Positions 19,031-28,854 of a DNA stretch of 64,000 nucleotides are shown here, piece by piece. The notes under the pieces are model-generated. The model was not told the DNA's origin. It saw nothing but the letters and a program-made list of their open reading frames with translations, and ran no database searches. The stretch comes from Candidatus Omnitrophota bacterium. GTDB taxonomy: Bacteria > Omnitrophota > Gorgyraeia > 2-02-FULL-51-18 > JAGOUK01. Made by a program: the position numbers and the translations under genes. How positions within the stretch are numbered: the stretch's first letter is position 1; every line of letters begins with the position of its first letter. The DNA lies in contig JBLINS010000002.1 of the NCBI GenBank assembly GCA_047639455.1, forward strand, positions 226 through 64,225, written 5' to 3'.

Positions 19031-19203
19031 GGGGCGGCCTAGTTCCGAAATATCTCATGTTGATGCATCTCACGACCACAAGATGGACTCAGCTCTTTTG
19101 TGCTGGAACTCCAGTCACACAAAACTTGACACACTCTCCACACGTTTAAGCTCACCACCCCCCCCAATAATAGAGCTTTAGTGAAATAATTAATGTTAAG
19201 CAC

Positions 19204-19232
19204 TTGAAAATGATAAGAATTGCATGTATATT
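19204..19232 (+). promoter_or_regulatory. Putative sigma70 promoter
   Basis: TTGAAA-N17-TATATT upstream of the 19321 gene. Confidence 0.4.
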
Positions 19233-19320
19233 ACTATAAAAGAGTTAAAAAGTAGTAAATTAGATATAATATATAAACAAAATAGTACAAATTTGACACA
19301 TTGAACGGAGGTAGGGAATT

Positions 19321-19560
19321 ATGAGCTCAATAAATAAACTTGGGAGTGATTTGATGAAGCTTAAGGAGATATCGGCATATATACACGTACACCCAATGAC
19401 GATTTATCGGCTCTTGAATAGCAGGAAATTGCCTGGGTTTAAGGTTGGCGGACAATGGCGGACTAAAAAGATAATTTTGGACGAATGGTTGCGAGATAAT
19501 TCCGAATTTGTAGAAATTGAAATCAAGGCGAATATGCGCTCTAAGAGCGTTAAAGCCTGA
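19321..19560 (+). CDS. HTH_17 (excisionase-family) DNA-binding protein
   Basis: MKLKEISAYIHVHPMTIYRLLNSRKLPGFKVGGQWR; GGAGG upstream. Confidence 0.88.
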   Translation: MSSINKLGSDLMKLKEISAYIHVHPMTIYRLLNSRKLPGFKVGGQWRTKKIILDEWLRDNSEFVEIEIKANMRSKSVKA

Positions 19561-19571
19561 AGGAGAGAGAA

Positions 19572-19790
19572 ATGGAAGAGATTGATATGGCTAGATGCGG
19601 ATATTGCTTCAGTTTATTTGATGGTAAACAAGATGCTGATGAAGACGCGCTGCAAGTATGCGACGACTGTTCATTTGATTCTGATGCGAAGCTATTGCAT
19701 TTGGTTTGTGCTGAATGTGGCGTGCAATTAGAAGGTGTATCCGAAGACTATCGCTGCTCTCACTGTGGATCCTGGACAGCTGGACATTAG
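19572..19790 (+). CDS. Small double zinc-ribbon protein
   Basis: Four CxxC pairs (CGYC, CDDC, CAEC, CSHC); AAGGAG RBS. Confidence 0.75.
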   Translation: MEEIDMARCGYCFSLFDGKQDADEDALQVCDDCSFDSDAKLLHLVCAECGVQLEGVSEDYRCSHCGSWTAGH

Positions 19791-20007
19791 CTGGGATTCT
19801 AATGCATAGTTCCAACGCCTAGTAATCAGAAGCAGCATATTTATTCAATTAACCCAGCTAGTTCGTAGAGTCTTTCTAACTCTTGAATTTATGACTACAT
19901 ATACCCTAATGCTGGTACCCTCAAATCTTCGACCTTATTTCAGATAATTTGCTATAATCAAACTTAATATTTATATTTAATGATCAGTATGGTCGGGGAG
20001 AAGAATT

Positions 20008-20577
20008 ATGAAGTATTTTGGGTATTTACTCGCGGGTATGCTTACTCTTTTTGTGCTAAGCCCTGGTGCCCACGCCAAGGAAGCAGAATTAGTGGATGGA
20101 GTTTATGAAGTCCAGGGTGATAGTAATTTGATGACGCAAAAAGCTACTCTTAAAGAGGGTGAGTTGAATGGCTCTACCAAAAGTTTTTATGAAAGCGGAG
20201 AATTAAAATCCCTTTATCAGTTTAAGAATGGCAAGTTGCATGGCATAGTCAAACAATACGCAGAAGATGGTCGCCTATTGTCCGAAAATGAATATAGAAA
20301 TGGAAAACGTTTTGGTGTTTCACGAGCCTATTATGACAATGGTAAGTTGCGTTATGAACTCAATGTACAAAATGGCGCTATGGCAGGCGCTGCCAAAATG
20401 TATTATGAAGATGGCAAATTAAAACGCAAGGCTCAATTCAAAGACAATCAATTAGATGGCGTTGAACAATGGTTTCATAAAAACGGACAATTGTGGGAAG
20501 AGCGCCAATGGTCTATGGGGCAGCGTGGTGATACATTGCGATCTTTTGATGAAAGTGGCCTAGAGATAGCGTTATGA
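20008..20577 (+). CDS. Exported MORN-variant repeat protein (YwqK-like)
   Basis: Signal peptide AHA; repeated YxxxG.L..E..Y.NG..xG units. Confidence 0.88.
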   Translation: MKYFGYLLAGMLTLFVLSPGAHAKEAELVDGVYEVQGDSNLMTQKATLKEGELNGSTKSFYESGELKSLYQFKNGKLHGIVKQYAEDGRLLSENEYRNGKRFGVSRAYYDNGKLRYELNVQNGAMAGAAKMYYEDGKLKRKAQFKDNQLDGVEQWFHKNGQLWEERQWSMGQRGDTLRSFDESGLEIAL

Positions 20578-21482
20578 AACATAGCTGCTTATATCAATGC
20601 GCCAGTTTTTTTATAGTTGGATTAATGCTTTTGATGCCCGCATCTGCTCAAGCAACACATCGCTATGAGTATTCGCTAAAAAATGGCCAGACGCAAGAAA
20701 GAGGTAATCGTTACGCCGATAGTATTAATACAGCTCCGATATCGATACCGATTTCAAGACAAGGGCAAGTGTTAGCTTCAAAGTCCATAATCGTGCAGCC
20801 GCCCGATTTATCTACAGCATTCACCATAGTGAAGACGGATGCCGGAGTATCCAAGAGGACAACAAATTCAACCACGCCACAAATATTGACTGCCGGCCAA
20901 CCTCTGAGTGCAGGAGATCGCTTGTACCTTGCGGGTGGTTCTAGGACTATCGTGGCATTGGATAAAACATTCAAGAATCTATTAGAATTGCGGGGCCCGG
21001 CGGAAGTTGAGGTGATATCAACCAATTTGAATCAATGGTTATTGCACTCCGGAAAGATTGTCGTTATACTCGATAACCCTGACTTAAAAGCTATTGTAGA
21101 GATCTCAACGCGACATGCTTTTGCCAGGGCGCAGGAAGCTCTTTTTATGGTACAGGCGCATGCGGATGGTGCTCGTTTTGCTAACTTAAGCGGCTCACTA
21201 TTTGTGCAGGGTAGAGATTATGCAACTGGCGCATTATTGTTTGAATTCGGGGATTTGGACCCGGGTCAATCTATCGATTTTGGTGATAACCGCACTCAAT
21301 CTGAAGAAATCACAGCACTTGCTTATGCCGATGAATTATTGATTCGCGATTCAAGGCAGAGGGGTGAATTAGCGCGTGCGCCCTATGAGTTGGTTTTTGA
21401 TAGAACTGAATTCATTGAGAACACACGCCTCAAAGCTCAAGCGGACTATCAAAAATTGCAGAATACGCTTGTGAGCAAATAA
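20574..21482 (+). CDS. Exported FecR-like beta-domain protein
   Basis: Signal peptide AQA; G..L.AGD, L.SG.I, I.T.HA, F.V pattern. Confidence 0.6.
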   Translation: MKHSCLYQCASFFIVGLMLLMPASAQATHRYEYSLKNGQTQERGNRYADSINTAPISIPISRQGQVLASKSIIVQPPDLSTAFTIVKTDAGVSKRTTNSTTPQILTAGQPLSAGDRLYLAGGSRTIVALDKTFKNLLELRGPAEVEVISTNLNQWLLHSGKIVVILDNPDLKAIVEISTRHAFARAQEALFMVQAHADGARFANLSGSLFVQGRDYATGALLFEFGDLDPGQSIDFGDNRTQSEEITALAYADELLIRDSRQRGELARAPYELVFDRTEFIENTRLKAQADYQKLQNTLVSK

Positions 21483-21533
21483 GAACAAAAATAATGATAG
21501 TCACTAAAAAAATTAATGAATTGGAGTTCAGGG

Positions 21534-22145
21534 ATGGCAACTAATCTAAGTTTTAAGGAAATTGTTGAGCAGCGCCATGCAGCCAAAGGTTTTAATGATC
21601 AAGTTATTTCGGATGCGCTTATGGCTGAATTAGTAGAAATGATTCGATTGACACCGACTTCATTTAACTTACAGCCCTGGAAAGTTAAAGTGGTTACAGA
21701 ACAGAGTGTTAAAGACCAGCTCTTACCCGCATCCTGGAAACAGCCCCAAGTGACGACTTGTTCACATTTATTGGTATTTTGCGCAAATATGCGCCTAAAC
21801 GAATTGGCCGACAAATTAGAATCTCAAATGTTGGCTGACGGTACTCCGGAAGCAACGGTTAGTTTTTTTATTGGCATGATACGTCAATGGGTATCAAGCT
21901 TAGATGCCAATGGCCAATTGGTTTGGGCTCAGAAGCAGGTTTATATCGCATTGAGTCATGCCATGAATGGAGCCAAAGCGCTTGGATTTGACTCTTGTCC
22001 GATGGAGGGTTTCGTCCCGGTAGATTATAGTCGTATATTAGAACTTCCTGATGATTTGGTCCCAACCGTTGTTTTGCCTTTGGGCTATACCGATACACCC
22101 TCTCGGACCAAGTTAAGATTCAAAACCGAGGATATGTTTTTTTAA
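21534..22145 (+). CDS. Nitroreductase family protein
   Basis: RHAAKGF, LTPTSFNLQPW, ALGFDSCPMEGF, LPLGY. Confidence 0.92.
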   Translation: MATNLSFKEIVEQRHAAKGFNDQVISDALMAELVEMIRLTPTSFNLQPWKVKVVTEQSVKDQLLPASWKQPQVTTCSHLLVFCANMRLNELADKLESQMLADGTPEATVSFFIGMIRQWVSSLDANGQLVWAQKQVYIALSHAMNGAKALGFDSCPMEGFVPVDYSRILELPDDLVPTVVLPLGYTDTPSRTKLRFKTEDMFF

Positions 22146-22167
22146 AGTAATTTTTTATTAAGCTAGT

Positions 22168-22276
22168 GTGACCACTCAGGTATCGTCATTGCGAGAAGCG
22201 CGTAGCAGCGCCGTGGCAATCTTAGACTTTTAAAACGAGATTACTTTGCTGACAATGACAACATCTGAATAGTTAC
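22168..22276. repeat. GTCATTGCGAG-type palindromic element flanked by an outer imperfect inverted repeat
   Basis: gtcattgcgagaagcgcg...ggcaatct...caatgac (22185-22259); outer arms gtgaccactcag / ctgaatagttac. Confidence 0.7.
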
Positions 22277-22313
22277 AAGTCAATTGATGTATTAAAATAT
22301 TTATAAGATTGAT

Positions 22314-22472
22314 ATGCCAAAAAAATTTAGATTCAAGTGTCAGTTTTTGTGCCCGAAATGCCAAAAGAAATTTCCCAAAATGGGAGCATGCATACCCAAA
22401 ACATGTCCCGCCTGCGATTATTCCGGCAAGTCATTCGAGCTAATAAAGAAAATTGATCTAAGTATTAAATAA
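22314..22472 (+). CDS. Unannotated 52-aa rubredoxin-like zinc-ribbon protein
   Basis: Hand translation MPKKFRFKCQFLCPKCQKKFPKMGACIPKTCPACDYSGKSFELIKKIDLSIK; CPKC...CPAC; below the ORF-track size cutoff. Confidence 0.7.
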   Translation: MPKKFRFKCQFLCPKCQKKFPKMGACIPKTCPACDYSGKSFELIKKIDLSIK

Positions 22473-22528
22473 CCCATAAATAATTGATAAGTAACTCACG
22501 AACCTTGTCTTTATTTAAATGAATAGGT

Positions 22529-24583
22529 GTGCAAGTGAACAAGACGATTGAAGATATTCCTGAGGCAAGCCAAACCCCATTCAAACATCAATATCATAAC
22601 CAAGAGTTTGTGGATAGTTATGCCTGGCTTAAAGATAGAGATTCAGCTAATACCCGCGCTCATTTAGAAAAAGAAAATAAATATTTTGATTCAGTTATGA
22701 GTTCTGAGGATGATAATCGCCAGCGCTTATATGCTGAAATGGTGGCCAGAATCAAGGAGACGGATCAGTCTGCTCCAGAAAAAGATGGCGAATATGTCTA
22801 TTACTCACGAACTCTAAAAGGTGAGCAATATTCCATATGTTGTCGCAAGAAGACCATTGCGATGGACACTGAAGAAGTTATTTTGGATTTGAATAAGCTA
22901 GCCAAGGGCCATGATTTTTTTGACTTAGGCATTTCGGATATTAGCTCGAATCATCAGATTCTTGCCTTTTCAACCGATGTCACGGGTGATGAAATTTATA
23001 CCATACGTTTTAAAGACTTGATTAGTGGTGAATTGCTTGATGATGAGCTGACTGGCACTTGTCAGGTTTCAGAATGGGCTGAAGACAATCGTACTTTTTT
23101 CTATGGTGTTTTGGATGACTTGAAACGGCCTTATAAAATAATGCGGCATGAATTAGGAACCGAGCAAGGTCAGGACGTCGAGGTTTATGTAGAAAAGGAT
23201 GATGCCTTTTTTGTCAATATATACAAAACCAAAGATTCCAAGTATTTGATTATTGAGTCTGAAAGCAAAAATACAACCGAAGCTAGGTATGTGAACACTC
23301 AGGATACGCATGCAGAGTTTGAGGTATTCGAACCTCGTCGCGGCAATCATGAGTATTCCGTAGACCATCACGAAAATGGTTTTTATATCTTAACCAATGA
23401 TCAGGCCGAAAACTTTCGCTTGATGTCATGCCCAGACAAAGCAACGGGTATTCAACATTGGCAAGAGGTTCTTGAACATAGACCTAATACAAAATTAGAG
23501 GATATGGATATCTTCAAAGATTTTTTAGTTGTGCATGAACGCACTCAGGGCTTGATGCAAATCCGCGTGACAAACTTATCAAGCGGTCAGGTTCATTATG
23601 TAAAATTTGATGAACCGATATACACTTTGGATGAGGGCTCCAATCCAGAATATGACACCCAATTATTACGCTTTCATTATTGCTCATTAATTTCGCCGCA
23701 TACTGCCTATGATTATAATATGGGCTCTAAAGAGCGTGTCATTGTCAAAACCCAAGAGATTATGACTGGGTATGACAAAAGTCTATATATGACACAACAA
23801 GTTATGGCCCAATCCAAAGATGGAACGTTAATTCCGATTTCCCTAGTGATGCGTAAGGACAGGCCGGCGAGTGGTCCTTTGCATTTATACGGGTATGGGT
23901 CCTATGGCATCACAATAGACCCTACGTTTTCATCCATACGGCTTAGTTTATTGGATAGGGGCATTGCCTTTGCGATTGCGCATGTGCGTGGGGGTGGCTA
24001 TTTGGGCAGGCCTTGGTATATGAATGGCAAGCTAACGAGCAAACAAAATACATTCGATGATTTTATTGCATGTGCAGAACATTTGATAAATGAGAAGGTC
24101 ACAACAAAAGACCAATTAATTATTTCTGGGGGAAGTGCGGGTGGACTATTGGTGGGGGCCACGCTCAATCAAAGACCAGATTTATTTTTAGGCGCCATTA
24201 CGCATGTGCCTTTTGTTGATGTGGTGAACACAATGATGGACGAAGCATTGCCATTAACGATCACCGAATATGATGAATGGGGAGATCCACACGATAAACA
24301 AGTTTTTGATCGACTGCTCACCTATTCTCCTTATGAAAATATAAGTGCGCAACATTATCCTCATATTATGGTGACTGCAGGTTTGAATGATAGCCGTGTT
24401 CAATATTGGGAGCCAGCCAAGTGGGTGGCTAAACTGCGAACACACAAAACGGACACCAATACCTTGATTTTAAAGACACATATGCAAGCTGGGCATGCGG
24501 GCCCATCAGGTCGTTATGAATATATTCGTGAAGTTGCTCTTGATTATGCCTTTATGCTAAAAATATGGAAGATAAAGGTTTGA
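22529..24583 (+). CDS. ptrB: Oligopeptidase B (S9A)
   Basis: D.YAWL.D, YGYGSYG, HVRGGG, GGSAGG nucleophile, DSRVQYWEPAKW, AGH. Confidence 0.93.
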   Translation: MQVNKTIEDIPEASQTPFKHQYHNQEFVDSYAWLKDRDSANTRAHLEKENKYFDSVMSSEDDNRQRLYAEMVARIKETDQSAPEKDGEYVYYSRTLKGEQYSICCRKKTIAMDTEEVILDLNKLAKGHDFFDLGISDISSNHQILAFSTDVTGDEIYTIRFKDLISGELLDDELTGTCQVSEWAEDNRTFFYGVLDDLKRPYKIMRHELGTEQGQDVEVYVEKDDAFFVNIYKTKDSKYLIIESESKNTTEARYVNTQDTHAEFEVFEPRRGNHEYSVDHHENGFYILTNDQAENFRLMSCPDKATGIQHWQEVLEHRPNTKLEDMDIFKDFLVVHERTQGLMQIRVTNLSSGQVHYVKFDEPIYTLDEGSNPEYDTQLLRFHYCSLISPHTAYDYNMGSKERVIVKTQEIMTGYDKSLYMTQQVMAQSKDGTLIPISLVMRKDRPASGPLHLYGYGSYGITIDPTFSSIRLSLLDRGIAFAIAHVRGGGYLGRPWYMNGKLTSKQNTFDDFIACAEHLINEKVTTKDQLIISGGSAGGLLVGATLNQRPDLFLGAITHVPFVDVVNTMMDEALPLTITEYDEWGDPHDKQVFDRLLTYSPYENISAQHYPHIMVTAGLNDSRVQYWEPAKWVAKLRTHKTDTNTLILKTHMQAGHAGPSGRYEYIREVALDYAFMLKIWKIKV

Positions 24584-25026
24584 GTAAAAAAAATAAAGTA
24601 GTTATATTTGATATTGATGGAACCTTATCAAATTGCGAACATAGGCAACATTTCTTAGAGGCTGAGCCAAAGGACTGGACTAATTTTTTCAAATCAGCTG
24701 AACACGACGAGCCTATTGAGCCAATGCACGGTTTGCTTACTTTATTAAAAGCAACTGGGGATATAGATATCGTTTTATGTACGGGCAGGGCAGAACGAAT
24801 GCGACCCTTAACATTGAAGTGGCTAGAACAGCATAAAGTAATTTTTGATGAATTGCATATGCGACCTGATTCAGATAGACGCAGTGATGCTTTGGTGAAG
24901 AAAGAAATGATACAAATCATTGGCAGAGAAAGAATTTGGTTTGTTGTGGATGATAGAAATCAGGTTGTCCAAATGTGGCGCAAAGAAGGCTTATTATGCC
25001 TGCAATGCGCCGATGGAAACTTTTAG
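24565..25026 (+). CDS. HAD-family phosphatase resembling the polynucleotide kinase 3'-phosphatase domain
   Basis: FDIDGTL, TGR, LHMRP..D.R.D..VK, VDDRNQVVQMWR. Confidence 0.85.
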   Translation: MEDKGLSKKNKVVIFDIDGTLSNCEHRQHFLEAEPKDWTNFFKSAEHDEPIEPMHGLLTLLKATGDIDIVLCTGRAERMRPLTLKWLEQHKVIFDELHMRPDSDRRSDALVKKEMIQIIGRERIWFVVDDRNQVVQMWRKEGLLCLQCADGNF

Positions 25027-25038
25027 GAGAAGACTTTA

Positions 25039-25653
25039 ATGATAGGTATAATTTGTCCGAGTACTTTTGAGTTTGATCATTTGAATATCGTTAATCAAGA
25101 TGCGGATATCGATATTATTTGTTCGGGCATGGGAAAAGTTAGAGCTGCTTTGGCTTGCCATCATTTAGTGAATCGTAATACCCAATTAGATTATATACTC
25201 CTAATAGGCTTTGCTGGGGCGCTGAGCCCTACTTTGGCTATTGGCGATTTGATCGAGCCAACTAACTTCATTGAACAAGATTATAATGCTGAGCCTTTGG
25301 AATCTTTTCCAAATAGAGTTAAGCGCGCTCCATTCAAAAAGCTACATAGTGAAGCTAAGGATGCGGTTATGCTAACGCAAGACCGTTTTTTGACACATAA
25401 TCCTTATACAGACTTAGCGTCACAACCTGGGTATGAAAGCATAGCTTGCGACATGGAGTCTTATGCCGTGGCTTATTGCAGTCAAGAGCTCAAAATACCT
25501 TTTTCAGCTTTAAAATTTATCTCTGACAATGCGGATAGCGATGCAGACCATGACTTTTTGGGCAATTGCGAACGCTTGGCACCCAAATTTAATGCTACGG
25601 TTAATGAGGCTATTCAAACAATCCAACAAAGATTGGTGAATAAGGTTTCGTGA
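25039..25653 (+). CDS. Nucleoside phosphorylase/nucleosidase (MTAN/futalosine hydrolase-like)
   Basis: SGMGKV.AA, IGFAGAL, DMESYAVA, KFISDNAD. Confidence 0.8.
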   Translation: MIGIICPSTFEFDHLNIVNQDADIDIICSGMGKVRAALACHHLVNRNTQLDYILLIGFAGALSPTLAIGDLIEPTNFIEQDYNAEPLESFPNRVKRAPFKKLHSEAKDAVMLTQDRFLTHNPYTDLASQPGYESIACDMESYAVAYCSQELKIPFSALKFISDNADSDADHDFLGNCERLAPKFNATVNEAIQTIQQRLVNKVS

Positions 25654-27530
25654 TGGCCTATAGTAGTTTATTAGACTGTGTTAATGACTTAGAGTCCAAA
25701 AATCTACTCATTCGCATTGATGATGAGGTGGACCCCAATTTGGAAATTGCTGAGATTCAACGTCGGGCATATAAAGCTAAAGCCCCAGCCATTCTCTTGA
25801 CGCGGGTTAAAGGATCAAAATTTCGCGTACTAATCAATCTATACGGAACTGAGCAGAGGACTAATTATCTCTTTCACAAGACCTTGTCTGGCGTTCAGCA
25901 GGCGATCCGCATGAAAACAACACCTGGTGAATTACTTAGTGAAGCTTTTGGCATTGGCTCAAAACATATGCAATTAGGCAAGTTAACTGATGTGATGAAA
26001 TCAGCTCGATACACTTTACCAAAACAAGTGGCACCGCAAAAGGCGCCCGTATTTAAAAATGAAATTAGTTTAAACGAGTTGCCAATGCTTCGATCTTGGC
26101 CTCTGGACGGTGGTGCCTTTATTACTTTACCGCAAGTTTTTACGCGCGACCCAGAATCGAAGGATGTCAAACGTTCTAATATGGGTATGTATCGCATTCA
26201 ATTAGCAGGCAATGAATACGAGCCGAATCAGGAAGTAGGACTGCACTATCAAATCCACAGAGGTATAGGCATACATCATCAAAAAGCGATTTCAATGAAA
26301 AAGCCTCTCAAAGTGAGTATATTTATTGGCGGTCCGCCAGCACATGCCTTTGCAGCAGTTATGCCTTTGCCTGAATCCGTCCCAGAAATATTTTTTGCCG
26401 GCATGTTGGCCGGTAGACGTTGGCGTTATGCATTGCATGAGGATGCAGTCATTTCAGCCGATGCCGATTTTTGTATTACAGGTACATTAGTGGACGGTGT
26501 GACTAAGCCTGAGGGCCCGTTTGGCGATCACCTGGGCTATTACAGTCTTAAACATCAATTCCCTGTTATGCGTGTTGAACATGTTTATCATAGGGACGGC
26601 GCAATTTGGCCCTACACTGTTGTTGGCCGACCCCCGCAAGAGGACACGCATTTTGGTGCTTTGGTTCACAAAATAGCCGGACCCGCTTTACCAAGCCAAA
26701 TTCCAGGTGTGAGTGCCGTGAATGCTGTTGATGCAGCTGGTGTACATCCTTTATTACTAGCGATTGGTTCGGAGCGTTATATTCCTTACGAAAAACTCAT
26801 CCCACGTGAGATTTTGACTCAAGCGAATGCGATTCTGGGATTTGGACAATGCTCTTTAGCTAAGTATTTGTGGATTATTGATGGTACTGGCAGTGACGCC
26901 GTCCCGGACATTTCAGACATCAAAGCCTTTTTAATTTATGCATTGGAGCGCATTGATTTTGCTAGAGACCTGCACTTTCAAACAAGCACAACTATGGATA
27001 CATTGGATTATTCTGGCACAGCGGTGAATCAAGGCTCCAAAGTTGTTATTGCAGCAGCTGGAGCACCTATTCGTGAACTCATTACAAAATTGCCCAAAGA
27101 TCTTTCTCTACCTAAAGGCTTAAATAATCCTAAGTGGGTATTGCCTGGCGTCGTGGCTGTGAATGCCCCACCGCATAATGACTCGGAGAAGAGCATTGCT
27201 TGGCTCAAAGGTGTGAGTGAGTTTTCGGACTGGTTGAAGGGCATTGCTTTGGTTGTTTTGGTGGATGATAGTAATTTTGTCAGTGAATCTTTGGATAATT
27301 TTATATGGGTTAGCTTCACGCGTTCTAATCCATCACACGATTGCCACGGCAATCAAGCGCATATCTCAAATAAACATTGGGCCTGCGACGCGCCTTTAAT
27401 CATAGATGCGCGCATAAAAAAGCACCATGCGCCCATTCTTGAAGAAGACCCTAAAGTCACTCAGCGCATAGACGCGTTATGTGAATCGAATTCAGTGCTT
27501 AGGTCGGTCTTAAAGGTTCAAAAAGATTGA
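25650..27530 (+). CDS. UbiD-family prFMN decarboxylase
   Basis: WPLDGGAFITLPQV, NMGMYRIQ, EGPFGDHLGYY, GRPPQED. Confidence 0.92.
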   Translation: MMAYSSLLDCVNDLESKNLLIRIDDEVDPNLEIAEIQRRAYKAKAPAILLTRVKGSKFRVLINLYGTEQRTNYLFHKTLSGVQQAIRMKTTPGELLSEAFGIGSKHMQLGKLTDVMKSARYTLPKQVAPQKAPVFKNEISLNELPMLRSWPLDGGAFITLPQVFTRDPESKDVKRSNMGMYRIQLAGNEYEPNQEVGLHYQIHRGIGIHHQKAISMKKPLKVSIFIGGPPAHAFAAVMPLPESVPEIFFAGMLAGRRWRYALHEDAVISADADFCITGTLVDGVTKPEGPFGDHLGYYSLKHQFPVMRVEHVYHRDGAIWPYTVVGRPPQEDTHFGALVHKIAGPALPSQIPGVSAVNAVDAAGVHPLLLAIGSERYIPYEKLIPREILTQANAILGFGQCSLAKYLWIIDGTGSDAVPDISDIKAFLIYALERIDFARDLHFQTSTTMDTLDYSGTAVNQGSKVVIAAAGAPIRELITKLPKDLSLPKGLNNPKWVLPGVVAVNAPPHNDSEKSIAWLKGVSEFSDWLKGIALVVLVDDSNFVSESLDNFIWVSFTRSNPSHDCHGNQAHISNKHWACDAPLIIDARIKKHHAPILEEDPKVTQRIDALCESNSVLRSVLKVQKD

Positions 27531-27596
27531 CTTTAAAAATTAACTCGAATAATAGTCCAAAAATTGTGATAATGCTGACTTTGTCAGGCGTGAGGT

Positions 27597-28100
27597 TTGT
27601 TGATGTCAGAATATAAATGTCCTATATGCAATTCGTCCAAAAGTCCAGATGACGTCTTTTTTGGAGGCGCATCCACAACCTCAATCATTTGTTGCAAAAG
27701 TTGTTCCAAGGGATTTTTAGATGACCATTCGACTATTAACAAAAACCCCCTATTAGCAACGAGACTCGCTTTTCGGCGTGTATTGCAAGATATTAAAGGT
27801 ATCGAAATTGTTAGTGTGCAGCTTAATGACCCTGCGCGCCATGAACTCACATTCAAAAAATCTGATTTAGACGAATGGAATGAAGCTCTTAAAAAAGTAT
27901 TTGGGCCCATTGCCAAGAACATAGGCGAAGAATGTGACGCTGAGCAAAAAAAAGCTTGTCGTCCGCATGGTGGTATCAGAAAACACCAAATCCTTTATAT
28001 GAAAAAATTTGTTAGCCACACCTTAATTGCCATGATTTGGCAATGGGCTGATAGAGATTTGGCCTCATTGAAGTTAATCGTCGAGCCGCAACCCAGGTGA
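27597..28100 (+). CDS. Hypothetical protein with N-terminal CxxC pairs
   Basis: CPIC...CKSC; PHGGIR..Q.LY...AMIW.W. Confidence 0.6.
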   Translation: MLMSEYKCPICNSSKSPDDVFFGGASTTSIICCKSCSKGFLDDHSTINKNPLLATRLAFRRVLQDIKGIEIVSVQLNDPARHELTFKKSDLDEWNEALKKVFGPIAKNIGEECDAEQKKACRPHGGIRKHQILYMKKFVSHTLIAMIWQWADRDLASLKLIVEPQPR

Positions 28101-28125
28101 CTTGCTCTAAAAACGATTATTAAAT

Positions 28126-28854
28126 ATGAAGCTCAATAAAGATGTGGCATGGATTAAAGGCGCATTATTCATTATCATATCAAGTCTCATTTATGTAGCG
28201 GATGTGAGTGCTGCAAGTACAGCATTTGATGCCGGTACATTAGAACGTGATATTATCGCCTCATACCCCGCAACTGATTTAAGGACTTATCACTTGTCTG
28301 AATCAGTCAATTCGTATACTTTTAAATCAAATTCAACGCCTGCAATGACTTTTTATTTTAAGAATAAGTTGTTGATTAAAGGCCTGCGTGATGATCGCCA
28401 TGAAATAGTTAGGCAATATTTAAGCGAGTTTTGCGCAACTTCACTAAAACAGCAATTTAGTTTTGTTTATGATGCATTGTTCCAAATTATGGAGGCATTG
28501 CCTGATGATGTATTTTGGGAAATAACGAAGCGAGATTTTCCTATTATTTTTACAGAAATATTCTCCTCAGGTAATGCAAGTTTAGCTAATTCCTCAGCGA
28601 CACGAAGCATGCCAATGGATCCGCCTACTTTCATGAATGGGTTTTGGCTCGTGAAATTAGGGTCAAACTTAGAGGCTAGCCAAAATATTTTGGCCATAAA
28701 GGGCGTTATTGCCCATGAAATCGCACATCGATATTTGAACCATAGTCACGGGAACGGTGAATCTGGGGAGCGCGCTGCGAATCGCCTGATTCAAACATGG
28801 GGTTTGAAGGCTGAATATGTGGCGGCTAAGGCAGAGTTTGGTCATGCAAGCTAA
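28126..28854 (+). CDS. Exported zincin-like metallopeptidase
   Basis: Signal peptide; IAHEIAH (HExxH) followed by E.AAN. Confidence 0.75.
   Translation: MKLNKDVAWIKGALFIIISSLIYVADVSAASTAFDAGTLERDIIASYPATDLRTYHLSESVNSYTFKSNSTPAMTFYFKNKLLIKGLRDDRHEIVRQYLSEFCATSLKQQFSFVYDALFQIMEALPDDVFWEITKRDFPIIFTEIFSSGNASLANSSATRSMPMDPPTFMNGFWLVKLGSNLEASQNILAIKGVIAHEIAHRYLNHSHGNGESGERAANRLIQTWGLKAEYVAAKAEFGHAS

Noticed and set aside
18700-19181. ORFs 18700-18915 and 18882-19181
   Set aside because: Translations of nested palindromic repeats.
17320-19200. CRISPR array
   Set aside because: Repeats are palindromic, irregularly spaced and divergent; no constant repeat-spacer period and no cas genes.
18048-19790. 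Prophage or ICE suggested by two excisionase-like HTH genes
   Set aside because: No integrase, tRNA/att site, replication or structural genes nearby; HTH_17 proteins are common stand-alone regulators.
20008-20577. Toxin-antitoxin pair (YwqK-like antitoxin)
   Set aside because: Only a MORN-variant repeat protein with a signal peptide; no adjacent toxin.
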